The notes beneath the pieces were generated by a model. It searched no databases, was not told where the DNA came from, and worked only from the letters and a program-made list of their open reading frames with translations. From Ginglymostoma cirratum (lineage: Eukaryota): a stretch of DNA of 64,000 nucleotides. Position numbers and translations under genes: made by a program. This document shows positions 25,301 to 39,000 of this stretch, piece by piece. Where the stretch lies: positions 4,941,931-5,005,930 of the forward strand of contig JAHRHZ010000056.1 in NCBI GenBank assembly GCA_024137785.1. The letters are read 5' to 3'. Positions within the stretch are counted from its first letter, which is position 1. Every line of letters begins with the position of its first letter.

Positions 25301-27749
25301 TAGTTAGGGACTGGGCTCTCGGACATTTCCAAGTCAGGGTAACTTGGAGGGGAGCTGCAGGTGGAGGTGTTGCCATGGACTTTGAGCTTCTGGGTAGTAG
25401 AGGTCATGGTTTTGGGAGGTGCTGCATTTCAGTGCATCTTGCAGATGGCACACACTGCTGCCACTGGCAGAGGGAGTGAACGCATAAGGTGGCAGAGTGC
25501 CTGCCGATCAAGAGTACTGCATTGTCTCAGATGGTGTTGCACTTCTGTGTAGTTGGAGCGGTAATCATCAAGTAAAGAATATTCCTTCTCATTCCTGATG
25601 TATGGTGGGGGGAGGGGTGGGGTTGAAAATTGAGGGTTATAGTTTTCACCTAACTAAATTACCAACTGAAAAGGAGAGCACTGCAGCACACCAAGCACAA
25701 AAATGTCTAGCACACTCAGTCTAAGGATACAGGGTACTTTACAGTGAGCCTACTCCTACTTCTATTTTCTATGCTTCTACAAACTAACAGGTGTGCTCAC
25801 CTGTGCTCCAAAACAAAATTAGTGCTGCTTCTTAATACATTGTGATCTTAAGAATTCACTAAATGCTAACCAAAGTGGACCCCCTATTCCATAGCAGTGC
25901 ATCTGTATCAATGTCAAAGTGGTACAGCAAGTTGAATACAGGCAGGATGTAGTTAGCTTGGACATAACAGAGTTATCTCTGGTCACACATTTAAGGTTTT
26001 TAATAAGGGGCCCCATTTTTGATCGATCACAGGTAAGTAATAAACAAAGTGTCCTTTATGCTCTGGAAAACTGCTGTGACATTCTATTTTGCATGAATAA
26101 TGATGTTGACCATTTTTTTAAAGTGCTTTGTAATTATGCCTGTTCTTTTAAGACTCTTGACATGTTTGGTCACAGGCTCAATAATCCTGTTTTTGGAACT
26201 TTTGTTTTGTTTCAAGCTACAGTTATTGTGTATTCAAATATTACAAAACCTGTTCTGGTATATTTGATACCTCTGATCTTTCTAAAAAAGGAAGTATTAA
26301 TCCAGAATCGATATTACCAACTACTTTGGAGGGCTTTCAATCATAGAGCTGTGTGTACGCATTGAACATGTCCTTGAGATTGTAGCATTGTTTTAGTACT
26401 GTCTCAATACAGTTAGACTTGTGAATTGATTCTCAACAGGAAAGAAATTTAATATTTAGGCTCTCCAATGATCTCTCCAATAAGGCGGTACAAAAATGAA
26501 TCGTATAAACCTCAAGGTCAGAGATTCTATTTTCTAGGTAAAAGCATCAATGTTTGGAAACCTGCTGACACTCATGTCATCCACAACAATTTAAAAACAA
26601 TGAAGTACTCCTGAAGTGAAAACTAAAAATGCTGCAGAGATTCAGCAGCTCAGGCACCAACAGTGGAGACAGATTCAGATCCTTTGCCTCATCAAAACTG
26701 CAAGCTGTTAGAACAGCCTACCTTGTGTCTACCATTCCTTAGTTCTGATCCAAAGGCAAAGTCAGAATCATGCAAGAGCAGCTTATAAATAGCGTTTGAT
26801 TGAGCTTCAAAAACAAACTTAACTAACTTTCGTAAAACAGTCAACTCCACCACATTCCTGCCTTATTCCTACATTACAGCAGTGACTGTATTTCAAAAAG
26901 CATTTTATAGCCAATGAAGTGCTGAGATATCCAGTGGTCATGAAAATTGTGACACAAATGTAAGACTTTTTTTTTTAATTGAGACAACTGGCAAACAAAA
27001 AAACATTTTATCTGAACATTTAAAGCAGCAGAGATGGTTGCCAGTCACCCGAGTCAGAAGCGTTTCCTGAATCTTGCAGGTGCTAGCTCTCACTCCCCCG
27101 TCAAAAAGGTTATTTTCGGTCAGTGGCAGGCAATCATTTGCTGCATGCTTATCAGCCAGCGGTGTGTATAAAGTATCAGTGAGAATGCAGCAGCTTGTGC
27201 TCTAACACCTTGCTAACAGGTAATTACTGTGCTGGAAAGCCAGTTAAAAGGAATGGCATCTACTTAATGCCAAACATTTTCTCTAATCAGCACTGGATAA
27301 TGTGCAGATTGGGGTGTGTCACTCTTTGACATGTTCAGATGGCCTCTTAAGGTTCCAGAATGAATTGAGAAATTTATGGGTAGCCTATGAACCCTAGGGA
27401 GTGTTAAGTTTTTGAAAGGCAATGAGATATAAATGCAATGTAAAACGGATATGCAACTCTTCATATATACACAAAGCTATTTTAATGAGAATATCTGATG
27501 ATAGTAGCACATGAACCAAACCACAGTTATGTATTTTCAGTGCACATTACACTGAGTAACATGTCTCAGAGTATGCACAGTAACCAGGACATAGTACATA
27601 GCAGGGCAGTAAAGAAAGAGGAGTATGGTCACTAATGGATGAAATAAGTATCAATCATTAAAACACTTTCTTTTACACCAATTAAAATTATCATCCCTAG
27701 CATTGTATCTGACCCTGAGTTGAGTTTTCAACCCTATGTCCTTCCCAAT

Positions 27750-28200
27750 AAAACTCCCAACTTGCATCTCTTTAATAATGCAGCTTCCCGCTACTCCATC
27801 AGCTCAGCAACTGCTGAAATATTCAATCCCATGTTTACTATCTCTAGACTTCATTATTCAAATGCTGTTGTAACTGCACCCTCATTCTACTTTCCATAAA
27901 CCTCTGCTCATCCAGGATTCTACAGCAGTTATCCTGCTCTGCACCAAGTCTTGCTCACCCATCAGCTTGTGCTTGCTCGTTTCACAGTGGCTCTGGATCT
28001 GGAAATGCCTCATTTTTTATATTCTCATCCTCATTTTCAAGATCGTCTATGACCTTGCATGTCTTCATCTCTGCAAACTCCTCCAGCTCTAGTGCCCTCT
28101 GAGGTTTCTCCAATTCTAGAAGCTTGTCCTGACATTAGTTCCAAAATTATTGGCTGAGATTTTTCTAAGATATTGAGCTCTAGAATATCACCTGCCTTAA
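27750..28200 (+). mobile_element. L2-type LINE 3' fragment (old)
   Basis: gctgaaatattc...tctctagacttcattattcaaatgctg...atccaggattctacagcag corresponds to the L2 SRLDYSNA...IQNSAAR region; heavily decayed. Confidence 0.6.
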
Positions 28201-31200
28201 AATATCTGTCTTCTCCCTTAGGGAACTTCCTGCATGATAGAGTGTGGGATACAGCTGACAATGATGGGGCTAAGGGATGATGGAAAAGGAAAGTTTAATG
28301 GCAGTGTATGTGAATATTATTCAACTTTTGGAGGTTAGAGAGGTAGGATAGCTAGGTTTGGAACATGTGAATTTGTATCCAGAACCAGCCTTACAGCAGC
28401 CCACTTAACACAATTCATCCACATTCAATAAGACCATCCAAAAGTTTCTGCAGCAATGTGCTTCCTTTCAGAAACCCACCCTGTACTAACCATTAATAAC
28501 CATTCGTCTGCTTTTCCTTTTAAAGTCAGATCACTTCGCTGGTTGGCATGTGCTGAGCATTTGTAAAGTTCAACATTTTGGTGCAAAAATTCTGAAGTTC
28601 AAGGAAGTGGTGTGTGGGATGCGTGCAAATTCTCATTATTGGAGCAGGTTTTCTCGAATGATGCTTGCTAAAGTACCAGATGAAACCACCGGATGACAAG
28701 TTACGTGTGAAATGAGAACTCGTGCTTCAAGCTAGCTTTTAGAATGAATGTCTAGGCAGACCACATAACCACACACCTAACTCTTGAGCTCAACTTCATA
28801 TATGTTGTCTCTCTTAAAATGTAAATCATCTTGAGAAATGCTGATTTGATGTATTCTTAAATGTTAAGGACAAGAATGAAAGATGCCATTTTTATGTTCT
28901 ACTCACCTAACTATAAAAGCTAGTGACAGATTTTCATGGCAGTCAATATGTTGACTGGGGGACTGGCAAATATAACATTTAAGTTACTTAAGTGAAGAAA
29001 AGAAAAAGGCCTGAAGGCAATTGCAATCAAGTGTCCTTCTTCAGATGAAGCATCATTCTCTTTTAGATGGCCGCCAACATTCTTGTGATACTTTCACAAG
29101 GAGACACACAAAATGGAAAGACTATATCTGGACAGTATGCGATCTGAATACTGCAATCTATAGACTGGAGAATAAAGCCTACTCAAAGGTTTCAGTAATC
29201 TCAGCAAAATAGAAATTATAATGTTAGAAGCGGTCCTGAATAATTCTAGAAATTCTAGAAATAATCCTTCAGCTGCCCTAGCCACCCATTCATAAGCACA
29301 CTGACTAATATAGATAAAGACCAGGAAGTTTGAGGACTGTTGAGGCTGGGTCATTAAGTATATTTAAAGCTGAGATAGACAAGAGTTTTATTCAGCAAGA
29401 GAATAAAGGTTATAGGGATAAGACAGCAAAGTTATCTGATCAGCTATGATCTCAGTGAATGGCAGAGCAGCCTTGGTGAGCTGAATGGCCTGCTTCAGAT
29501 CCTATGCTTTATGGCTCCTGGTTTAATTCTTGGTTAAAATTTAATCAAATGACTTCAGGCAGTAAGAGATCTACTGTGTGCAAAGGTCCTACCAAATGAT
29601 GGCTATCAAGTAAATGCCATTGAAAGCTGCACGTAGGCTAGGAAGTGAAGGGTAAGATTTGGTTTTAATTTCTGAAATCGTTTAGTTTATTCCCTAACAT
29701 GATCTGTTGAGAATGGCCACTTGACCGAGGTAGTGCAAAGTCAGAACATGTGAAACTGTGCTGCAGAGTGAGCTTTCAAGAGAAAAACTATGATATTGAG
29801 CAGAAGCTTAAAAAAAATTCAACGTAGCAAATGGATACAATGAAGCCACTTTGTTTTTACGTTAACATTTTCAGTATATTAAAAAATGGTTATTTCCATA
29901 TTTGAATCTTCAAATTCAGAAGTTGAGAGGGAGGTTCCTATTGAAAACAAAAGTGGCTCACAATCTATAGACTGAATTGATAGTATACACGTACCTCACA
30001 TTTCAGTGTAAAAGACTTGAACTACTGGATTATTGGTTGATCAGAGTCAGTTACCCATTCTTTGTGTTACACAGGATCCCTGTATCCTATACAACCAACA
30101 TCATGTCCTCTCCCTAGCAACATCCATCCCACCCATGCATCGTTGTCTGCACCTTCTTTTCCCTTGGATTTACTGCTGGCCGCCCACCCAACCTACATTT
30201 TGCCATCAGGAGCTAGTGTTTTTGTTGTTACACCCAGAGGGTCTTGAATTCTAAATATTTTCCTTTAATGTTTTAATCCATGTACATGGTCCTATAATGG
30301 CAAAGTGTTGTCTGGGAATATCAGCCAAAGCAGGTTATAACCAGCTTATTTCAACATTGCCTAGCTCAGTAATAGCTTACAAATGTTGGACCATTTTTCT
30401 CCTAGCCATACACGAGAAATCCCCATAATCCTAGTTAAGGACCAACATTAAGTTAGTATCTCTTCATATAACCATATACGGACAACAACCTGTGTAATTT
30501 GCAGTCTGTGTCATTTATAATCATCTGTTGACAGTTACCGGAGATAGTCTGACCAATAAAGTCAGACCGAGGATGTGGCTTTACAATTCTGTCTGCTTTT
30601 GCAACAGGAATTGCGTGCAAACTACAGCTGTTTCAAGTAATTAATATTCAAGTTCTCATAAGCCTCTCTTAATTCTATATCTTTGCATTTTAATGGCTAA
30701 AAAAATCCAAGCAATATCTTAGTGAAATAGAAAATAAGCACTTAGAGGCAAGAAATACCAATTATTTCTGAACAACGTCCAAACTAGACTGAAGGTTTTT
30801 ATTCACCTCCAACATCATTAGACACTCAGGACACTAACAGTTGACTTTTTTTGCTCTCTGCAAAATCCAGCATCTTAAACTCACTGGTTTAGATGTTTGT
30901 CTTCAGTGCCTGGCCAGCAAATGCTGGATCATCTGTCCTGACCTAGCTTTTCCTCACTGGTTTCAATGATGGATACTTTATAATGAACTGATATTGATCC
31001 TGTTACATTACTTTCCGGCAGGTGAAGGCAAAAATTTATTTCACTATATGTTTTACATATTAGTAGATAACAGCAATCACTCTGTTTGTCATTAAGGGGA
31101 CATGGTTTTGTTGATTAGGAACTTCGCCTGCTATATTGTGGATGCCCCAATTTTCTTCTAGCTCCTAAGTGTTAGTACTAAGTAACAATGTTGGACCACC

Positions 31201-32825
31201 CCAGAGAGCTGGCAGGCAGCTTAAGAAAGGCCAACTGAGAAGAAAACACATTTTGTGGTGACTGGATTTTAAAAAGCTGGCTGCATTAATATCACTATTT
31301 TTCTCATAATCTTTGGCAATGTCATCTATTTTGGAATTTGAAATAATTCTGTGATGCGCATGACTGCCAACAGAATGTGTCACCCATCACGTTGCAAAGT
31401 CTTTGACTTATAAATCTCATAAGTGCTGGCAAATGTTGCTCCAAGTTCCTTAAGTTCTCAGCAAGTGCCATCATGGCCAGATTTTAGATATGTTGTTTTT
31501 TCCCTTCCTTAAGGAATTTGTTAAATCCTGAAGTGAATTCAGTTGCGAATGTTTCACTCCTCAGATCTGTCTTATCTGGAAACTTCCAGAGTAAGGGCAA
31601 ATTAGGCTAAAATTGTTTTATAGTCAAAGAACTATAGGACTTGCATTTATGCAATGCCTACACATCATTATTTTATCTAAAAATATTTTTATTCTTTCAT
31701 AGGATATGGCCAGCATTTATTTCCCATCTCTCATTGCCTTTCAGGTGCACGAGTTCAGCCAGCTCCTTGAATAGTTGCAGGCCACTTGCTGTAGGTACAT
31801 CACAATGTTGTTAGGAATGGATTTCCAGGATTTTTGACCCAGCAAGTGAAGGGATGGCTGCTGTACTGTTCCACGTCAGGACCGTGTGTAGGTTAGAGAG
31901 AACGTAGTGGTGTCCTCACGCTCTCATCCCTGCTAAATGGTACAGCTTGTGGGTTTGGAGGTTGCTTTAGAAGAGGTTTTGGCGAATATAGCATCCATTG
32001 AATTACTTCTGAAGTTTATGTACTTTTGTTACATAGTTAATACTGGTGGGTAAAGAAAGAAACAATCATCCAACCTGTTCTAATTGAAAAAGATTAGTGG
32101 TGGTCAGAATACTGGGAAAACTCCCAGCTGCTCTTAAACACGAGCACAGGCAAAATGGGCTTTGGCTTAAACAATTCACTGAAATGGCAGCACTTCCCAC
32201 AACACATCATTATTGTCAATACACATTTGGGTATCAGGTTAGATCATACAGTCAAGTGGTGGAGTAATAACTTAAACTGACTGCCTTCTGATTCTCAAAT
32301 GGGAAAAGATTTTCCTAAAAGTGTATGCAAGAGGATTGATGAATGACCCTAGCAGTTTTGAATGCTTTGCCACTTCAAGTGCTCCATTAGATTTTGCTAT
32401 CACAAGCATTTTAGCAGCCTTGCGGAAATGCCAAGCTAACAGAATCTTCAAAGTGAAGCACAGAGGGTATTTTCCTTCTACATTAATCAACTGCATCACC
32501 ATTATCAGAAATGTATATCATGTGTTCATCAAATGATAAAATGTCCACAAATTGCTGATTATGGAGAACAATACACATCAGCGACTCATCAGCCTAATTA
32601 AAGGATTTTACGCTCGTCACATTTACATTCTTGCAGAGATCATGCTTTATGTGGCCATAAGCAAAACTGCTAATACTTGCATTATTTTGTACCAGGAGTT
32701 CCATACACCACAGCAAGTGGTGAAATCTCACATTGGGAGATTGGAGATTGAGTATATCACAGAACAGAAAACACTCAAACATTTCAGACCAGCAGACAAG
32801 GAGAATATCCCAACAGCGTACTTAC

Positions 32826-33038
32826 TATTCCAGCACCAAGATGATTTCTGAAGTTGTCTCGTACACTTCATGCAAGTCTACCACATGAGAGTTGCTTTTT
32901 GCCATCTCAAGAATTGCAATCTCGTTAATGATATCCACGCGGCAATCCTGTCCTTTCCTTCGCTTCCGTAAGAACTTGGCAGCATATTCCTTTCCAGAAG
33001 CATTTTCCATGCATTTCTTGACAACAGCAAATTTTCCC
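32826..33038 (-). CDS. stk17al: STK17A-like kinase, coding exon 2 (213 nt)
   Basis: CAG|G GGA AAA TTT gives [70 protein letters not shown], ending TA|GTAAG. Contains the catalytic Lys and the DAPK/DRAK basic loop RKRRKG. Confidence 0.96.
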
Positions 33039-36000
33039 CTGCCAGCAAAAATCATTCATATCATTAGCTGCTGTCTATGGGTAAAAATCACATTCAACAT
33101 GGTTTCAATCTGAAACTAGGAAGACGACAATCACATTTAGAACTACTTGGTCACTACTCTTACATTCACCCATACTTTTTGAACACTCAGTTGCTATCAC
33201 AGTTAGCAATTTAACAGCAAAATATAGATTTACAGATCATACTTTGTACAAGTGTATAGGAAGAGGCGTAGACCATTCAGCCCATCAAGCATATCCTGCC
33301 ATTCATTATAGGCAAGTGTCAAGGTAGTATTGTTGAAAGTTCTATAATTTTCAACAATTACTAAACTTGTCTAAAACATTACATGTTTATTCTAATTTGT
33401 TCTAATTAAAAGCACTGGTAGTAGAAATAGCAGATCACCATCCCAACTGAGTGCAGTGAAATATTGTGCATCTACACTGTACAACTGTGAAGTCATACAT
33501 TCACTCTGCTGAAGGTAAAATAAATGAAACCCATCCTGATTGCAACAGACGACCATCAGGATCGGGTAAAATTGGCGTGAAATGGATAAAAACTTGCAAC
33601 AGTGGCAAAAAACGTATACAACCAGCAGGGGAAGAAAGAAGTGCTTCTCTCCTCATTTTTAATACAATTCAAGATTCATTGCTCCAAATGCTGGACTTCC
33701 TTTCCATGCACTGAACCCTACTCTTTATCATGTGGTTGTGCATTCGGAACCAAACCTCAGGAATGGAGAGCAGAGAAGCATGTTTTCATTTCGTTAAGAG
33801 CCCAGAAATTACAGATAGTATCTTTTCACATTTACTTTAACGGCTGTTTTGAGAGGCTGGAAATTCCCAATATTCGTGCAGATGAGACCTCGATTATGCT
33901 CATAACCAAGGTGCTTGAGATGTTTGTGGTTTTATGGAAACCATTAATTTTTGATTTTGTATGCTGCTCTAAATAAAAAAAAATTACAAACAGCCCTTTA
34001 AGGGGGTAGGTCAATTGTGCAATTCACTTCAATGATAATGTTGCAATGATTACAGCAGTTTCTCGAAAATAAGACATTTCCAGCTCAAATACTTTGTCCT
34101 TGTTTTTCACAGCTCAAAGTATTGCATGTAAGCTTTTATAAAATGCAGCAAATTCCCCGGAGCCCCCAAATCTTTTCCCTTAAAACATTTTTAATTTTTC
34201 TTTCACAAGTCAGTAGAATGTGGTGGCTTGGCACCTTTTCAAATATCTTTGAAGTTGCAACACAGAAGAAGAGGGAGCTACAGAACATTGCTCTACTTTA
34301 TGCTGCCTTACAATGGGTTTCACAAAAAAAGTTATGTTGCATCTATTTCATATTTCCGTTTAATCTTCAATGGCTACGCCTCCCAGTGCCAGGTTTTCTC
34401 CCTTCATTATCTTCTCCAACCATCCACCTTGTTTCAATCTGGACGAGAAAGAGAGACTGGCAACAGAACATTGCTTTCTCCCTCCAGGTTTAAAAGTTTG
34501 TGTGGCCACCAAAAAGTCACCAATCACTACAAGAAAGCAGGGTTGAGACCACAATCAGATCAGCCATGAACTTATCAAATGATGGAGTAAATCAAAGTGA
34601 GTCGTCAAAAGAGTGAATGGCCTCCTCCTGCTCCTAAAATCCATTTTCCTAACCAGTTAGCTGAAGGTTGGCCAAGTTAAGTATTGAAGGTGGCTGACCA
34701 TCATGTAGCGTGATCTTTTCAGTTTTAACTGTTGTTGCTGCTGCATTGTCAAATGGATATGGATGTTAACCACAGGCCTAAAGTACGGGCAGGACTTCAA
34801 TCAATCATTCACATAACTAGCCTCAATCTAACAGTTCAATATGATTTAGTCAAATTGCGGCTACCTAAATAGTCACGACAAAGCACGAAAGGCTGGTGCC
34901 AGACAGAAATCACTTCCTCCATTTTTATGAATAGGTCAACTAAAGAAGGTATCCAGCAGTCAATAATAATTTTTAAAAACTGAGAAGTGGCATTACCATC
35001 CATGAACAGCAAATTTCCCAAACTACTCAGTATTTTTATGTAAATTAATATTTGCTAATCTGACATCCTTGACAATGAAATATTTTTGGGATAAATACTT
35101 ACTGATCATTATGTACTGAACTGCATAATGTCTGCATATGGGTTTAATTATTTAGTTTAGCATTGTCAATCTTTCAGTAGTTACAACTTACAGAATGAGA
35201 TACAAGTTTTACGATATGATTTACCAGAGTTAAACAGCTTAGTTTGAAACAGAGCTGATCCCCAAATTGCTAAACTTAAATGAAAAATGCTTTGTCAACC
35301 CTTCGATGTATTATGAAACACCTCTGGATGTTCTGGTCCAGAAGTAGGGATACTACCAAAGTGATGCAAGATCCTCTCAAACGCTTTTAAATCAACCTGT
35401 TCAGATGTGTTAGGACATGCCTCTGGATTGGTGGAACTTGAACCTGGGCCTTCTGGCCCAGATATAAGGACATTAGCACTGCACCAAAAGACCCATAAAT
35501 GTGAGCAGCTTAAAAGATCTTATTAAGCCATCAACAGGATGTGGAGATGCAAATAGTGGCAGTATTGCTACTACTTAAAGCTGAGCTCGTGTGAATTTCA
35601 TATACATCAGTTTCCTCTCTTCCAAACATATGGTGTTTGATAGCGGTGGTGTGACTATCACAGCCAAAGGCTGCTGTCAACAGGACAAAAAGAAAGAAAC
35701 AATCAAGGAGGTATTTTCAAAAGACCTGAAAGGAATATTCTCGAAATCAATGAAGACAAACAAGCATCAAGAATATAACCAGAGGTGCTAACAAAGGGAA
35801 AATCAGGATTACAAAGATTATCCCAAATGGACATGAGGGAGATGTGAATGTAAATCAGAACTATCTGCAGTGCAGTGCAATCATGAGCTTATTTGCATAT
35901 CTACCTGCTTATAATCCTACTTAAAATGTTACAAATAGGTTGGATATATTCACCCATTTTAAAATCACTCAGTGCCTATATTTTTCAATCATTGAAAACA

Positions 36001-39000
36001 ATCAAACTCTTCGTTCCAAAGCCATCTACTACCACATTGTCATGAGTTATTAGTTATGCTGAACATTTTAATAGCAGTTTCTCATTGTTGAAAGTTAACT
36101 GTCACAGTTGTAATATTATTAATACTTCAAGTGCAAATCAACAGTGTTATTAATAGGCAGCTAAATTGTTCTTAGGGAAGATTAACAGGTTAACTAGCAC
36201 TTTAAATAGTTCACCACTGGGGCACGGTTGTTAGTCAAATGCAATAACTGAAATGAAAGTGCTACCATTCTTTTTATAGCAGTTTAATGTCCTGATCAGG
36301 TGAGGAAAAATTTAAACAGTGATTGAATAAACTATGAACCAACCTTAGCAATGCATTGCACATTATGGGATCAGTAGAGCAGATACTATTAAGCAAAGTG
36401 TACAGATGTGTTAGGACAGCCTCTGAAGCAGTTGGGACTTGAACCTGGGCCTTCTGGCTTGGAGGGAGGGACACTACTGCTGTACTACAAGAGTCCTGGG
36501 ATCAGTAGCATACACTGCAGATTACTGTTATTCCTCATTTGAGCTATTTGATTCCACTCAGTTCAAAATGCTTAATTTCAAATAAGTTATAAAATGCTTA
36601 AGGGCTCTTGTGATGCAGTGGTAGGCCTAGGTTCAAGTCCCACCTGCTGCAGAGATGTGTCATAACATATCTGAACAGGTGGACTGAAAATATCTATAAA
36701 ATGGTTAAAAACATGGAGCGTTTATTCCATCTAACAACTTATTCACTTCTTAAAGCGGGCACGATGTTAATTATTCAAACACAATCATTCAACATACATG
36801 GACTTTAGGTCTGAATGCCACATGGACACAGGGATTGTAAAAAGGCTTGTTTGGATACTCACAAGACCACATTACAACAGACAGAAGAACATATTCTATA
36901 TATTAAACCTGGTTTAGCTGCCACAATCTGCTCCTGCCTACGTGTAATGCTCGTTATCTGGGGATATGGCCAAGTATCAGATGTGATTTGGAAAATACCA
37001 AAAATTACATCCTATTTTACAGCTTTGCCAACAGCATAACCTTCCCAAAATTGTAAAGATTGGTCCAGTAATCTCGGAATTACAATGTGAACCAATATCA
37101 GCATTTACCTAACAGTATAGAGCCAATTCATTATTTCCTACTTTAGCATTAGTACCATTGGCAGAACGTAACTCTGAACTGGTTGATGAGCTATGCACTT
37201 GACACTGAATCCATCAAAGTGTTCAGTCTGGTTACTGAGGACCAGCAAAACTCCAAGGTTTCGGGCCACGCTCGTTTGGTCTAAACATGAGACCCAGGAG
37301 TCATCAGTTCTATCTTAAAGTCTTTATCCATTTGCTCACTAGTTGTGAATGTATGTGGGCAAAGAAGGCATCTCCAAAATAGTGTTGAGTAGGTGACTTT
37401 CTTCAAAAGTAAAATGTAGTACCTTGAGGCACACAAAAAGTCAAGTTGGAGACAAAACAAATTGAGAAGCAAGTTAGGTGAAGCACTTCCGAGAGCCGTC
37501 TGCTTTGATTTCTATTTTGATCAACTAGTTTGTCAAAAATCATACATAAGGATTCAGCATTTACCTAAATCTCACACCAGTTTGTAAGGAAGCTCCTTAG
37601 GGATGTTACTGTGTGTCACACCAAACAACACAGTGCTGAATCTTCAGGGCCTTTTTATGGGTTTCTTGTGAGGAGAAACACCAGTTGAAAGGCCACTGAA
37701 TATTTACAGAATTGGTTAGCTTTGAATTTATTAAATGACATACTGCGGTCATCACTGGGTGCCAACTTTGAGAAAAACTGAATTTAAATTATATATATTT
37801 CACTTCAGGTACATCACATTATTCTTATTTATTCAGTTGCAGGGAATTTATCTCCATGCAAGACAAAGACTGCGTAACATTTTAGTGTAATCAGATCAAG
37901 TGAATACTCGTCAAATTAGACAATTTAAGTGTTTCATTCAAAGCTACTCTTTGCTTCATTTGAATTGAGCCCAAATGAACAAATGCTGATTAATCATTCT
38001 TCACAATGATGTCAAATTCCATTACTGAACCTTCAGAAGCATGGGAGCAATCAGCAAATTATTAACAGACCTTGAGATTGTTATGTATACATGATTAGTT
38101 TATTCTGCAATTACTTTGTAAGATATAATGACCAGGAGCTGTTGTGTGCAAGTTCCCTTCGATGTCTTTGCATTTCTGATAAGAGGTTCTCAGAACAAAG
38201 AAAGGGTCAGGCACCTGAAACATTGAGTGAATGACAATGTCTAGATAGTTACAAAGCTCAGGCCTCACACTAAAACTGTCCAAGGGAAAACTGCCTGTGG
38301 CCAACTTAGGTTTTAATTTTAAATACTTGCTCAAAGCAGATTGTAAATGCACTTGTAACCAAATCAATGGCCAGTTGCCACAACATCCTTGTAAATCTTT
38401 TCTGTGCCCTCTCAAGTTTAACTACATCCATCCATCTTATAGAAGGGCAACCAGAATTATACACAGAATTTTAAAAGTGGCCTCACCAATGTCCTGTACA
38501 GCCGCACATGACATCCCGACTTCTATACTCAATGTTCTGACCAATGAAGGCAAGCGTGCCAAATGCCTTCTTCACTACCCTGTCTACTTGCAACCCCACT
38601 TGAGTTTAGTGACAAAGAAACTGGTCAGCTTTTATCCAAAGTAATGTATTATAGATCTATATAAAAGTGAAGAAGTTCTGAAGAGTCATATGCAAACCAT
38701 TAACTTTAGTTCTCGCTCCAGAAATACTGCCAGACTTGTTGAGTTTCGCCAGTACCGTTTGTTTCAGACTTCCATCATCCACAGTACTTTGTCTTTATTC
38801 AATAAGTATAATCTGTGTTGCCTTTACATCACATCATTCAAAACGTCTTTGTAACTACAAGCAATTTGATCTCGAACACTGTAAAGGGTAGAAATGCGAG
38901 TAGCTCCTGCATACTGTCAGAAATGTGCAGCAAACTCTCTACTGCACTGAAAGAAGTTGGCTCTGAGCTCAATCAAAATGAAACCTTGGATCTCATCAGC

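Noticed and set aside
25919-26365. 148-aa plus-strand ORF
   Set aside because: GTG start, AT-rich low-information composition, antisense within an intron, no motif.
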